DNA of 64,000 bases, from positions 12,642 to 76,641 of the forward strand of contig PLLJ01000052.1 in NCBI GenBank assembly GCA_003140935.1, given 5' to 3'. Positions within the stretch are counted from its first letter, which is position 1; each line of letters begins with the position of its first letter. Position numbers and translations under genes: made by a program. Below are positions 21,382 through 31,689 of the stretch, in pieces. This stretch comes from Candidatus Omnitrophota bacterium (lineage in GTDB: Bacteria > Omnitrophota > Omnitrophia > Omnitrophales > Aquincolibacteriaceae). The notes under the pieces are model-generated. The model did not search any database. It had not been told where the DNA came from and saw only the letters and a program-made list of their open reading frames with translations.

Positions 21382-21819
21382 ATGAGCCGGCTGAGTCTGG
21401 AAGCGTTCGCGGATCGCGCCATGGAACTTTTCTCCCAGTTGTCGCGCGGAATGATCCGACATGAAACCAATTATTTGTCCAAGGGGGTCATCACACTTCC
21501 CCAGGTCTGGGTGATGCGTTATTTATCGCGCCAGCGGGAATGTTCGATGCGGGAACTCGCAGATTATATGAAGATGGGGTTTTCCTCCGTCACCGGGATG
21601 GTCGATCGTCTCGTCAAACAAGGGCTTGCGAACCGGCGGAGAACGGAGAAGGACCGCCGGCTGGTCTACGTCGATTTGACGGCCAAAGGCCGGAAAATCG
21701 TAAAAGAGATCCTGGGGGAACGTCGCGAAACCACTTTGAGCCTTTTTGAGTCGTTGTCCGCCGAAGAACGGTTAACCTATTTGTGCATTCTTGAAAAGCT
21801 AGTTAAAAAACTTTCTTGA
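21382..21819 (+). CDS. MarR-family transcriptional regulator
   Basis: ITLPQ, ELA, SSVTGMVDRLVKQGL and DRR...LTAKG. Confidence 0.95.
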   Translation: MSRLSLEAFADRAMELFSQLSRGMIRHETNYLSKGVITLPQVWVMRYLSRQRECSMRELADYMKMGFSSVTGMVDRLVKQGLANRRRTEKDRRLVYVDLTAKGRKIVKEILGERRETTLSLFESLSAEERLTYLCILEKLVKKLS

Positions 21820-21856
21820 AACAGGCATCATGAGATAGAAAACGGAGCATGTTTTT

Positions 21857-22645
21857 ATGAGTCCATCTGAAAATCCAATACCCAAATCGCCGACTTCGCA
21901 TCTCCATATGATGAATCTTGTGGTCGCGCTTCTTGCCGGGATCATCTCGATCACCGGCGGGATCTATTCCTTAAAGAACAACTTATTTTCCGGGCCGGCC
22001 TATGGGAGTCTTCAGGGGACCGTCCGGGACGAACGGATCGCAAGGCCTTTAAAGCTCGCATCCGTCGAGATCTCAGATCTCGGCGGGGCTGTGGTCAATA
22101 CCGCAGCGACAGACGAAAGCGGGCATTATTTGATCGAAGCGCTCAAAACGGGAAATTATGTCGTAAAATTTACGGCCCCGCTTCACAAGATTGAGACTAA
22201 GACCATTAAGATCGAGAAAGATCTGGCATCCTCGATCAATGTGGATCTTTTCCCGGAAGCTCAACAGGCGAATCTATCTCCTATCGAGCCCGCGGCCGCA
22301 GTGCGGCAAAATATTCGGGCGCCCTACACGCCTCCCTCCGCTTACCCGGCAACGGCCTCCGTCGCGCCCGTCTACAATCCAACGCAGAACACAGTGCCGG
22401 TGGCGACGTCTCCCGCGACCTATGGTCAGATGGAGCCGGTCTCTGATCAGCCGTTCTTAAATCCAGGGTCCTCGGGTTTTCGCAGACATTCTCACCGCAG
22501 TTACTCGGGATATCCTGCCGCGACTTCATCCGGGACTTCTCAAAGCGCTTCACAGAGCGATGTTTTAACGCAGGCCGGGACGCAACTGCTCGGAGCTTTG
22601 CTTAGCAAAAAAACGGAAAATAATTCGTCAACGCCATCGAACTGA
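21857..22645 (+). CDS. membrane-anchored carboxypeptidase-regulatory-like (Ig/prealbumin-fold) protein with P/S/T-rich tail
   Basis: TM helix, GSLQGTVRD...TDESGHYLI..LKTGNY and a low-complexity C-terminal half. Confidence 0.7.
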   Translation: MSPSENPIPKSPTSHLHMMNLVVALLAGIISITGGIYSLKNNLFSGPAYGSLQGTVRDERIARPLKLASVEISDLGGAVVNTAATDESGHYLIEALKTGNYVVKFTAPLHKIETKTIKIEKDLASSINVDLFPEAQQANLSPIEPAAAVRQNIRAPYTPPSAYPATASVAPVYNPTQNTVPVATSPATYGQMEPVSDQPFLNPGSSGFRRHSHRSYSGYPAATSSGTSQSASQSDVLTQAGTQLLGALLSKKTENNSSTPSN

Positions 22646-22680
22646 TCTGAAAAACAGGATCCCTCTTAGGAAGAAGAAAG

Positions 22681-24045
22681 ATGAAACAGCAGCAAAAAAT
22701 ACTGATGATCGTGCTGGCGGCCTTTCTTCTCGGCGGATGTCTTACGCTCCGTTTGCCGGGAATGCACATTCAGCATCGGCCTCAACCTGAAATAGTGACG
22801 TGGCCGCAGCTGGTGCGGAAAACCCTTCAATCCAACCCTGATCTTCAGAGCGCCCGGTACGTGGTGACCTCTACCGCGAGAAGCCGCGATATCGCTTTTG
22901 GGGATTACCTGCCTTCTTTTGAGGGAGATCTTCAGCGGAGTGTTTCCCGCAATGGCTTTTCCGGAGGCGGGAACAATGCTTCTTCGGGCTCGGGTGGAGG
23001 CGGGAGCGCGCTCAGGGATAATCTTTCTTTGGACCTTGTGGGAAGCCAGTCGTTGTTCAATGGATTCGGGACCACCGGAAATTTTATCAAGGCCCGGAAG
23101 GATCTGGATGCGGCGAGGTTCCAGTATGTGGTGACGAGCGCGAATGTTCGTAACGCTTTGAAGCTGGCGTATGTGGATGTTCTGAGATGGAACCGCCTTT
23201 GGAAGGTGAACCAGGGGATCCTAGTGCGGAGAAAACAGAATGCGGAAATGGTCCGGCTTCGTTATGAAGCAGGACGTGAAAACCTTGGTTCCGCGTTGCG
23301 GGCCGAGGCCCTTGCCGCCCAAGCCGCTTTTGATGTCCAGTCGGCGGAACGTTATATTAATAGTCAAACGCTTCGGCTCGCCCGTGAGACCGGCGGCGAA
23401 TTCGTGTTGCCGGTCACGATCAACGACTCGCTTGAGCAGGGGGTCCCGTTGGCGATCGTTATGGAGCCCGATTACGGGGAGATCGCGGACAATCTGCCGC
23501 AGGTGCAACGATTGGTCAAAGTGGCGGAATCCGCGAAAGCCAATATCGTGGCCGTGCAATCGGCGGTCTGGCCGCAAATAAACGGGACCATGGATTACGG
23601 GAAGTCGGGCGAGCGGGTCTCGAATTTGAAAAGCGAGCATTCCTGGGGTCTGAACGTGATCGTCCCGTTCTTCACCGGGGGAAAAAATGTGAATGCGATC
23701 CGTAAGGCCAAAGCCGACTATGACGCGGCGCGTGCGCTTGCCGTCAGCGCCCGGGATGAAGCCATCGCCCAGCTTGCGGACGCCTGGGTGAAATACGCGA
23801 ATGCGATCGATCATATTGTGGTCCTCAAGAAATTCCTTGAGGCTTCGCAAAAACGGGCGGAGATCGTCCGCTCGGAATATGCTTCCGGACTGATGACGTT
23901 CCAGGACTTCGATACGGCGGAACAGGAACTGAATAATTCGGAGAATGATTACGTGCAAGGGCTTGCCGATGTGCTGAATGCCCAGGCGAATTGGGAAGTA
24001 ATCCGGGGCAAAACTTTGGAGGATGATCTGAATGCAAATCACTAA
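22681..24045 (+). CDS. TolC-family outer-membrane efflux protein
   Basis: Lipobox LGGC, NPDL, SLFNGF, RYEAG, VPFFTGG and EYASG. Confidence 0.9.
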   Translation: MKQQQKILMIVLAAFLLGGCLTLRLPGMHIQHRPQPEIVTWPQLVRKTLQSNPDLQSARYVVTSTARSRDIAFGDYLPSFEGDLQRSVSRNGFSGGGNNASSGSGGGGSALRDNLSLDLVGSQSLFNGFGTTGNFIKARKDLDAARFQYVVTSANVRNALKLAYVDVLRWNRLWKVNQGILVRRKQNAEMVRLRYEAGRENLGSALRAEALAAQAAFDVQSAERYINSQTLRLARETGGEFVLPVTINDSLEQGVPLAIVMEPDYGEIADNLPQVQRLVKVAESAKANIVAVQSAVWPQINGTMDYGKSGERVSNLKSEHSWGLNVIVPFFTGGKNVNAIRKAKADYDAARALAVSARDEAIAQLADAWVKYANAIDHIVVLKKFLEASQKRAEIVRSEYASGLMTFQDFDTAEQELNNSENDYVQGLADVLNAQANWEVIRGKTLEDDLNANH

Positions 24046-25039
24046 TTTATCAAAAGGGTGGAAGATCGGGTCGGTGCTGATCGTTCTGTTCATCATGATG
24101 AAACTGTTCTCGTCCTGTTCGCATGGAAATGAGCCATTGCAAGCGCTCCGTTCCGTCAAGGTCCAAACAGGCGATCTGGAGGTCAAGGTGACCGCGACCG
24201 GTAGCGTGAAGCCTTATAACCGCGTGGAGATCAAACCGCCGATCCCGGGCCGCGTGGAAGAGGTCTTGGTGGAGGAGGGGGAGCAAGTGAAAAAGGACCA
24301 AGTGCTTGCCCAGATGAGCTCCACGGACCGGGCGGCCTTGATGGACGCGGCGAGGGCCCAGGGGCCTGAAATCGTCAAGCGGTGGGAAGAGGCCTACAAA
24401 ATGGCGCCGCTCCTCGCGCCGCTAGACGGGACAATCATCGTCCAAAACGTCGAGCCGGGTCAGACCGTGACGACAGCGGACCCCGTGGTGGTGCTTTCCG
24501 ACCGGTTGATCGTGGAAGCACTGGTGGATGAGACCGACCTTGCTTCGATCCAACTCGGCCAGAAGACGGAGATCCAACTGGATGCTTATCCCAAAGAGAT
24601 CTTTGCAGGCAAGGTTTATCATATTAAATATGAGAGCACACTGGTGAATAACGTGAATGTTTATGCCGTGGATGTGCTTCCCGAAAAAGTTCCGCCGGCC
24701 TTTCGCAGCGGCATGACCGCTAATGTGACGTTCATTGTGAAAGAGAAAAAAGGGATTCTGTTGGTTCCCTCGGAAGCGGTGGCGGAATGGCCGCGGAAGG
24801 TGCCCAGGCCCAAGGATGCGGAATTCGCTGTTTATGAAAAAACATTCGGCGGGAAGCTCGTGCCGCTGCCGGTGCGTATCGGGGACTCCGACGGCAAGAT
24901 CACGGAGATCGTTCAGGGACTGCGCGAAGGTCAGGAGATCCAGATCGTACAAAAGAAAAAAACTTCGCAGGCCGTGAACCCCTTTGCCATGGGGGGGTCT
25001 CCTCAGAAAACGGGAAGTCAGGGACAAAAACGCGCATGA
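24032..25039 (+). CDS. macA: MacA-like periplasmic adaptor
   Basis: VTATGSV, GRVEEVLVEEGEQVKKDQ, APLDG, VDETD and GMTANV. Confidence 0.88.
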   Translation: MQITNLSKGWKIGSVLIVLFIMMKLFSSCSHGNEPLQALRSVKVQTGDLEVKVTATGSVKPYNRVEIKPPIPGRVEEVLVEEGEQVKKDQVLAQMSSTDRAALMDAARAQGPEIVKRWEEAYKMAPLLAPLDGTIIVQNVEPGQTVTTADPVVVLSDRLIVEALVDETDLASIQLGQKTEIQLDAYPKEIFAGKVYHIKYESTLVNNVNVYAVDVLPEKVPPAFRSGMTANVTFIVKEKKGILLVPSEAVAEWPRKVPRPKDAEFAVYEKTFGGKLVPLPVRIGDSDGKITEIVQGLREGQEIQIVQKKKTSQAVNPFAMGGSPQKTGSQGQKRA

Positions 25040-27003
25040 AATTACTAAAAGTTGAAAACATCGCAAAGACCTACCGCATCGGCGAGGTGGATATCCACGC
25101 GCTGCAGGGCGTTTCCGTGACCATCGAGGCCGGAGAATTTGTCGCGATCATGGGACCTTCCGGTTCCGGCAAATCCACGCTCATGCATCTCCTCGGCTTT
25201 CTCGATACGCCGGACAGTGGCAGGATCCACTTACTAGACAAGGACACCACGCACCTCAAGGAAGAGGAGTACGCCTATCTCCGCAACCGCGTCATCGGTT
25301 TTGTGTTTCAGCAGTTCAATCTTATGGCGCGTTCCACGGCTTTGGAAAATGTCTGTCTGCCGCTGACTTATTCGGGCACCTCGGCGCAGAATGCGTCCGG
25401 CGGGCAACAGATCCTGGATCAGGTCGGGCTCGGCAATCGAGTCGCCCACCGTCCGAATGAACTCTCCGGAGGACAGCAGCAACGGGTGGCCATCGCCCGC
25501 GCGCTGGTGAACCATCCGTTCATGATCCTGGCCGACGAACCTACGGGGAACCTCGATTCGAAATCCGGCCAAGAGATCATGGGGATCTTCAAGGCTCTGC
25601 ATGAAAAAGGAATGACCGTGGTGCTCGTGACGCACGATGAAAATGTCGGGAACGCGGCCGAACGGATCATCCGGATGCATGACGGGAAGATCGTCAGCGA
25701 TGAAAAACGGACCGATATCAAAAAAAAAGAGATCCGTTCGGAGGACCGGCCGAAGCTTCCGGATTTTTCAAAAGGGAAAAAATACAGCACCGGTGAATTT
25801 ACCGAACACTTCAAACAGGCCTGCCGCATGATCCTGAACAATAAATTGAGATCGTTCCTTTCGATGCTGGGCGTGCTGATCGGCGTGGCGTGCGTGATCA
25901 CGATGCTCGCCCTCGGGCGCGGGGCCAAGGAATCGATCACCGAACAATTATCGCGTCTGGGTTCGAACCTTCTTTCCATCCGTCCGGGTTCGGTAAAAGT
26001 CCACGGCGTCAGTACCGAGGCCGGCGCCGCGACGCGTCTGGATTTTGAAGACGTGAAGGCCGTCAAAGAAGCACCTTATGTCAAACGGGTCGCGCCCCAG
26101 GTGTCTGGACAAGGGCAACTGGTCTATGGCGATAAGAACTGGAGCACGCAGGTGATCGGCGCCACGCCCGAATATGCGAGCATGAAAAATCAAGAACCGG
26201 ATACGGGCCGTTTTTTTGCGGAAGAGGAGAACCAGAACCGGCACCGCGTCGTTCTCCTGGGCCGGACGGTTTGTGGAGCCCTTTTCGGTCAGGAGAATCC
26301 GATCGGCCAGTCGATCAAGATCAACCGCATCAATTTCCAGGTGATCGGTATCCTTCCTTCGCTCGGGTCCAACGCGTTTCGCGATCAGGACGATGTGGTG
26401 GTGATCCCTCTTATGACCGCCATGCGAAGGGTGATGGGGAAGAATTATCTGGACCAGATCGACGCGGAGATCACCCAACTCGACAAAATGTCTTTAGCCC
26501 AGCAGGAACTGCAGGATCTCATCATTCGCAGGCATCATCTGGCGCCGGATCGTTATGACAGTTTCAATATCCGGAATTTTGCGGATATCCAGGCGGCTCT
26601 TTCCAGTACGACACAAACCTTTTCCGTTCTTCTCGGTTGCGTGGCCGCAATCTCGCTTGTGGTGGGCGGAATCGGGATCATGAATATTATGTTGGTCTCC
26701 GTGAAAGAAAGAACGCGGGAGATCGGATTGCGCAAGGCCATTGGCGCGACCCCGCGCGATATTCTGATGCAATTTCTTGTGGAGGCGATCGTGATCACTT
26801 TCCTGGGCGGTCTTGTCGGGATTGTGCTAGCCTCTCTGATCTCCTGGATCATTGCGGCGATCGCTCATTGGAAAATGATCATTACGTTAGACTCGTTGAT
26901 TCTGGCCTTTTTCTGTTCGGCCTCGGTCGGGATCATTTTCGGCCTTTGGCCCGCCAAACAAGCCGCTGCGCTTGATCCGATCCGCGCTTTGCGGTATGAA
27001 TAG
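25036..27003 (+). CDS. macB: MacB-type ABC transporter, fused ATPase-permease
   Basis: GPSGSGKS, LSGGQQQR, ILADEPTGNLD, RSFLSMLG, GGIGIMNIMLVSVKERTREIG and LDPIRALRYE. Confidence 0.93.
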   Translation: MKLLKVENIAKTYRIGEVDIHALQGVSVTIEAGEFVAIMGPSGSGKSTLMHLLGFLDTPDSGRIHLLDKDTTHLKEEEYAYLRNRVIGFVFQQFNLMARSTALENVCLPLTYSGTSAQNASGGQQILDQVGLGNRVAHRPNELSGGQQQRVAIARALVNHPFMILADEPTGNLDSKSGQEIMGIFKALHEKGMTVVLVTHDENVGNAAERIIRMHDGKIVSDEKRTDIKKKEIRSEDRPKLPDFSKGKKYSTGEFTEHFKQACRMILNNKLRSFLSMLGVLIGVACVITMLALGRGAKESITEQLSRLGSNLLSIRPGSVKVHGVSTEAGAATRLDFEDVKAVKEAPYVKRVAPQVSGQGQLVYGDKNWSTQVIGATPEYASMKNQEPDTGRFFAEEENQNRHRVVLLGRTVCGALFGQENPIGQSIKINRINFQVIGILPSLGSNAFRDQDDVVVIPLMTAMRRVMGKNYLDQIDAEITQLDKMSLAQQELQDLIIRRHHLAPDRYDSFNIRNFADIQAALSSTTQTFSVLLGCVAAISLVVGGIGIMNIMLVSVKERTREIGLRKAIGATPRDILMQFLVEAIVITFLGGLVGIVLASLISWIIAAIAHWKMIITLDSLILAFFCSASVGIIFGLWPAKQAAALDPIRALRYE

Positions 27004-27009
27004 AGACTC

Positions 27010-28347
27010 ATGGGATTCACACAAGAACCTTCTAATAACTCCTCGGGATTGAAAAATGTTTTTCGTGCCCTGCGGCACCGGAATTACCGTATCTTTTTTT
27101 TCGGGCAGGGGGTATCGCTTGTCGGGACCTGGATGCAGCAGGTCGCCGTGAGTTGGCTGGTCTATCGTATGACGAATTCTCCGTTCCTTCTTGGTTTTGT
27201 CGGGTTCGTGGGGATGGTCCCCACGTTCGTGTGCACGCCGCTGGCGGGGGTTTTTGCGGACCGGCACGATCGCAGAAGCATGCTGCTTGTGACGCAAGCC
27301 CTCTCCATGTTCCAGGCGGCGGTGCTGGCTTTTCTGGTGTTGTCGCACCAGATCCAAGTCTGGCACATTATCGTGCTGAGCGCTTTTATCGGAATCGTCA
27401 ACTCATTTGATATCCCGATCCGCCAGGCATTCACGGTGGAGATGATCGAGAAAAGGGAAGATCTCGGGAACGCCATCGCACTGAATTCCTCGGTGTTCAA
27501 CGCCGCAAGGCTTGTGGGCCCGTCGCTCGCGGGTCTTTTGATCGCATGGACGGGAGAGGGGATGTGTTTTCTGTTGAATGCGCTCAGTTATCTTGCGGTC
27601 CTGGGGTCGCTGTTCTTCATGCGGATGAAGCCTTCCGAGAAACTGCCGTCCACCCGCAACATTCTTTGGGAACTTAAAGACGGCTGGAATTATACCTTCC
27701 ATTTTCCTCCGATCCGGCTGATCCTGATGTTTTTGTCCCTGCTAAGTTTAATGGGAATCTCGTATCAGGTCCTGATGCCTGTTTTCGCGAAGGACATTTT
27801 CCGCGGAGGGCCGCACACGCTTGGGTTTTTGATAGCGATGTCCGGCGTCGGGGCTTTGACCGGAGCGCTTTATCTGGCCGCGCGTAAAAGCGTGATCGGG
27901 CTTGCGGGAATCGCGGCGCGGATGGCGGGGCTTTTTGGCGTTACCCTGATCGCTTTTTCTTTTTCGCGGAACCTGCCGTTTTCCATGCTGATCAGCCTGG
28001 GCTTGGGGTTCGGAATGATGGTCCATATGGCAGCCTGTAACACGATCCTACAGACCATCGTGGAGGAGGACAAGCGGGGCCGCGTGATGAGCTTTTATAC
28101 GATGGCGTTCATGGGCACCATGCCGTTCGGAAGTTTGTTGGCGGGAAGTTTGGCCAGTTGGATCGGGGCTCCGCTCACTCTGTTTTTTGGCGGGTGTTGC
28201 TGTATCACCGGAGCGATATTCTTTTTCCGAAAACTTCCTTTGATCCGGGAATGGGTTCATCCGATCTATGTTGCGAAGGGGATCATTCCAGAGGTGGCCA
28301 TGGGGATCCAGGCGGCCATGGGTCTCGAGGGCTTTGCGAGGGAATAA
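27010..28347 (+). CDS. MFS transporter
   Basis: ALRHRNYRIFFFGQ, GVFADRHDRR, FNAARLVGP, RGRVMS and about 12 TM segments. Confidence 0.92.
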   Translation: MGFTQEPSNNSSGLKNVFRALRHRNYRIFFFGQGVSLVGTWMQQVAVSWLVYRMTNSPFLLGFVGFVGMVPTFVCTPLAGVFADRHDRRSMLLVTQALSMFQAAVLAFLVLSHQIQVWHIIVLSAFIGIVNSFDIPIRQAFTVEMIEKREDLGNAIALNSSVFNAARLVGPSLAGLLIAWTGEGMCFLLNALSYLAVLGSLFFMRMKPSEKLPSTRNILWELKDGWNYTFHFPPIRLILMFLSLLSLMGISYQVLMPVFAKDIFRGGPHTLGFLIAMSGVGALTGALYLAARKSVIGLAGIAARMAGLFGVTLIAFSFSRNLPFSMLISLGLGFGMMVHMAACNTILQTIVEEDKRGRVMSFYTMAFMGTMPFGSLLAGSLASWIGAPLTLFFGGCCCITGAIFFFRKLPLIREWVHPIYVAKGIIPEVAMGIQAAMGLEGFARE

Positions 28348-28490
28348 AAATATTTTTTGTATTGAGAAAATAGACTAAGGACAGGATTCCAACGGCGCGT
28401 CCCTTTGATATTTTCCGTGAGAAATTCCGAGGTTTGCGTGCCAGTGAATTTATCCTAGGTTTTTTACAACCGCAAAAAAGGGATTCCGGG

Positions 28491-30767
28491 ATGGCACCTG
28501 GGTTGCGAAAGAAAAGAAAATCTGTACCCCGAAAGAAAAAAACTTCCGGCTCCTCCAAACCTTGGTGGTGCGTGGCACCGGATGCGATCGAAAGGATCCT
28601 CCGTTTTGAAGAAAGAGATCCCTTCAGGATCTTAGGTCCCCACCCTGCCGGGAACGGCCGGGGCGTGATCGTTCGTGCGTTCCTTCCGCGTGCCCGGGAA
28701 GCCTGGGTCCGTGTTCTGGGAGGGAACGAAGAACGCAGACCGATGGAGAAGATCCACCCCGGAGGTTTCTTTCAAGCTGTTTTCGAAAAAGCGCATGAAA
28801 TCTTTCCTTACAAGATCGGGACCTGCGATGAGACTGGATTTTTGAACGAAGTTTCAGATCCTTACGCTTTTTTCCCCGACCAACTCACGGATTACGATCT
28901 CTATCTGATCGGGGAGGGGACCCACCACCGGAGCTACGAGAAATTCGGGAGCCATCTTTCGACTTTGAAAGGTGTCCGAGGCGTTTTTTTTACGGTGTGG
29001 GCGCCCAACGCGAAAAGCATCAGCGTGGTCGGGAATTTCAATCACTGGGTCCCCGGAGCGCATCCGATGACCCGCCTTCCCACTTCGAATGTTTGGGGCC
29101 TTTTCATTCCGGGACTGGAGGAAGGGGAGATCTACAAGTACGCGATCCGTTCCTTTGCGGATGAACATGTCCGTCTCAAGACCGATCCTTACGCATTCGG
29201 TACGGAATTAAGGCCGGGAAGCGCCTCCGTCGTGACCCGTCTGGATACTTTCTCGTGGTCGGACGAAGCATGGATCACCCGGCGAAAAAAGAAGGATCTT
29301 TTCCGCTCTCCGGTCTCGATCTATGAAGTGCATCTCGGCTCTTGGAAAAGGGAAGAGAAGAACGGCTGGGGTTTTTTGAATTACAGGGACCTGGCGCACC
29401 AGCTTGTGGAATACATTCAGTTCATGGGTTATACCCACATCGAACTTATGCCCGTGATGGAGCATCCTCTCGATGAATCGTGGGGGTATCAGGTCATTAG
29501 TTATTACGCCCCGTCGCGGCGCTTCGGTACCCCGGAGGATCTCATGTACTTGGTGGATTATTGCCATCGCCACGATATCGGTGTGATCCTGGACTGGGTG
29601 CCGGCCCATTTTCCGAGGGATGGTCACGGCCTTTTCGATTTTGACGGACGGCAGATCTACGCCTCCGAAAACTGGCAAAGGGCCGAGCAGCGCGAGTGGG
29701 GAACGCTTGCCTTTGATTTCGGGAAAAAAGAGGTCAGTAATTTTCTGATCTCCAATGCCCTCTTCTGGTTGGACCGATACCACGCGGACGGCCTGCGAGT
29801 GGACGCGGTGGCCTGTATGCTGTATCTGGATTATGCCCGCAAGCCGGGGGAATGGGAACCTAATCGTTATGGCGGGCACGAGAATCTTGAGGCGATCGAG
29901 TTTCTTAAAGAATTCAACAAAGTGGTTCATGCTTCCTTTCCGGGGATCCTGACGATCGCCGAAGAATCAACGGCCTGGGGAGGCGTTTCGAGGCCCGTGC
30001 ATCTTGGGGGGCTCGGGTTCAGCATGAAGTGGAACATGGGTTGGATGCATGACACGCTAAAGTATTTTTCTAAAGACCCTCTGTTCCGGAAATTCCATCA
30101 AGGGGTCTTTCCGTTCTCAGGTCACTACGCGTTCTCGGAAAACTTTATCCTTCCCATCTCGCACGACGAGACCGTTTACGGGAAACGTTCGCTCCTTGAA
30201 AAAATGGCCGGTGACGACTGGCAAAAGTTCGCTAATCTCAGGCTTTTTTTCACCTACCTCTTTGCATTTCCCGGGAAGAAACTTCTTTTTATGGGGAACG
30301 ATTTCGCCCAACGCAATGAATGGGATTTCAACCGTTCGCTGGATTGGCACTTGATGGAGGCGCCCCGGCACCGGCGGGTGAACCGGTTGCTCCGCGACCT
30401 GCACCGTCTTTACCGGGAGAACCCGGCTTTCCATGAAGGGGATTGTTCGGGCGAGTCTTTTGAATGGATCGATTGTTCGGACGGGGACCGTTCGGTCGTA
30501 AGTTTTTTGCGCTGGTCGCGCGATTACTCCCAAGTCCTTGTTTTTGTTTTCAATATGACTCCTATGATCCTCGAACGTTACCGTGTGGGAGTCCCCCGGG
30601 CGGGTTATTTCCAGGAAGTCTTTAACAGCCAGGCTCATGAGTATGGCGGCTGCGGGTTGGGGAATCTTGGCGGCCTTCAAGCCGAGGGCGTGCCGTGGCA
30701 AAACCGTCCCTTCTCTTTGAATCTCCAGATCCCTCCTTTGGGAGCTCTCATTTTCCGCCAGTCTTAA
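28491..30767 (+). CDS. glgB: 1,4-alpha-glucan branching enzyme (GH13)
   Basis: VWAPNA, IYEVHLGSW, SWGYQ, DWVPAHF, GLRVDAV, AEEST, KWNMGWMHD and SHDE. Confidence 0.96.
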   Translation: MAPGLRKKRKSVPRKKKTSGSSKPWWCVAPDAIERILRFEERDPFRILGPHPAGNGRGVIVRAFLPRAREAWVRVLGGNEERRPMEKIHPGGFFQAVFEKAHEIFPYKIGTCDETGFLNEVSDPYAFFPDQLTDYDLYLIGEGTHHRSYEKFGSHLSTLKGVRGVFFTVWAPNAKSISVVGNFNHWVPGAHPMTRLPTSNVWGLFIPGLEEGEIYKYAIRSFADEHVRLKTDPYAFGTELRPGSASVVTRLDTFSWSDEAWITRRKKKDLFRSPVSIYEVHLGSWKREEKNGWGFLNYRDLAHQLVEYIQFMGYTHIELMPVMEHPLDESWGYQVISYYAPSRRFGTPEDLMYLVDYCHRHDIGVILDWVPAHFPRDGHGLFDFDGRQIYASENWQRAEQREWGTLAFDFGKKEVSNFLISNALFWLDRYHADGLRVDAVACMLYLDYARKPGEWEPNRYGGHENLEAIEFLKEFNKVVHASFPGILTIAEESTAWGGVSRPVHLGGLGFSMKWNMGWMHDTLKYFSKDPLFRKFHQGVFPFSGHYAFSENFILPISHDETVYGKRSLLEKMAGDDWQKFANLRLFFTYLFAFPGKKLLFMGNDFAQRNEWDFNRSLDWHLMEAPRHRRVNRLLRDLHRLYRENPAFHEGDCSGESFEWIDCSDGDRSVVSFLRWSRDYSQVLVFVFNMTPMILERYRVGVPRAGYFQEVFNSQAHEYGGCGLGNLGGLQAEGVPWQNRPFSLNLQIPPLGALIFRQS

Positions 30768-30854
30768 ATGCGCGCTTTGCAGGGGCCTCCCTAAAATTCC
30801 CGCCCGCGGGAAAATTGAGCTGGGGCGGGTTTGACGGGCTCAAGTCGATCTCCT

Positions 30855-30882
30855 TCAAAAAGTCCGCTAGCGGACTTTTTGA
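30855..30882. terminator. perfect 28-bp palindrome, bidirectional terminator or REP-like element
   Basis: TCAAAAAGTCCGCT|AGCGGACTTTTTGA downstream of glgB. Confidence 0.55.
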
Positions 30883-31003
30883 CTCCCCAAAGTAGGTGAA
30901 AGCACTACTTCCTTGCAAAAGAATTGTCTGACTGAGCACATCAAGGTTATAATGAACTCGTGTTTGCTTTCCGAGGCATGAGACGAGGAGCGGGAGTCAA
31001 AGC

Positions 31004-31288
31004 ATGAAGAAATTTTTTTTTATGATCATGGGGCTAATTGTTGTTTGCGTTGGGTCCCCACGAAACGGATTTTCTAAGGATGAACGTACCGGGCTTTACG
31101 CGGGTCCTTTATCGGTTGTGGCAGAGACGCTGGTTGAAAAAGCGGGATCTGTTTCTGAAGATACCGCTGTGCTGCTGAGCGGTGCCAAACAACGGTATCG
31201 TGGAGAAACGCGCACCGATAAAAGACAAGCGAACGAAAGTGAAGCGAAAAGTCCTCTCAGTTCTCCTTCCACACCTCCGAGCGATTAA
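31004..31288 (+). CDS. hypothetical small exported protein
   Basis: GGAG SD, an MKKFFF signal peptide and an upstream TATAAT. Confidence 0.55.
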   Translation: MKKFFFMIMGLIVVCVGSPRNGFSKDERTGLYAGPLSVVAETLVEKAGSVSEDTAVLLSGAKQRYRGETRTDKRQANESEAKSPLSSPSTPPSD

Positions 31289-31514
31289 TTCCTTTCATCC
31301 GACTGTGTTGCGCCACCATTTTGAGACCCGCATCTCTCCTGCAAGGGGAACGACTTTTTCCGTGGGCGAACTGTAGAGTGCGGCAAGTTTTGGATATAGT
31401 GAAAGCGGTTGACGAGCCTTAAGCTGACAATATTAGGCATAATAAGCTTTGACAATAGAGCGAACATAGGGCACAGTGGCTATGTAGTAAGCAAAGAGGT
31501 AGAACATGATGTGT

Positions 31515-31548
31515 ACCGCAAGGTCGTGTGTTTGCCTTGCGGTTTTTT
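31515..31548 (+). terminator. intrinsic terminator-like hairpin upstream of cspA
   Basis: ACCGCAAGG-loop-CCTTGCGGT followed by a T-run. Confidence 0.6.
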
Positions 31549-31689
31549 GTTTTTACCCTGTTTTCAACTCCCCGGGAGGGGATAGCGAAGCGGGCTCGTT
31601 CCAACTGCACCAGGTTGATGTTTTTACCGTAGTGAAGGTTGAACTTGTCATGCGTTACTATAATTTGAGGGAAAGGAGAAATATCAATC

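Noticed and set aside
23221-24186. 321-aa minus-strand ORF
   Set aside because: Antisense shadow of tolC/macA with no recognisable motifs.
30800-30860. tRNA-like sequence (GGGCTCAAGTC resembles a T-arm)
   Set aside because: I could not build a cloverleaf, acceptor stem or anticodon arm.
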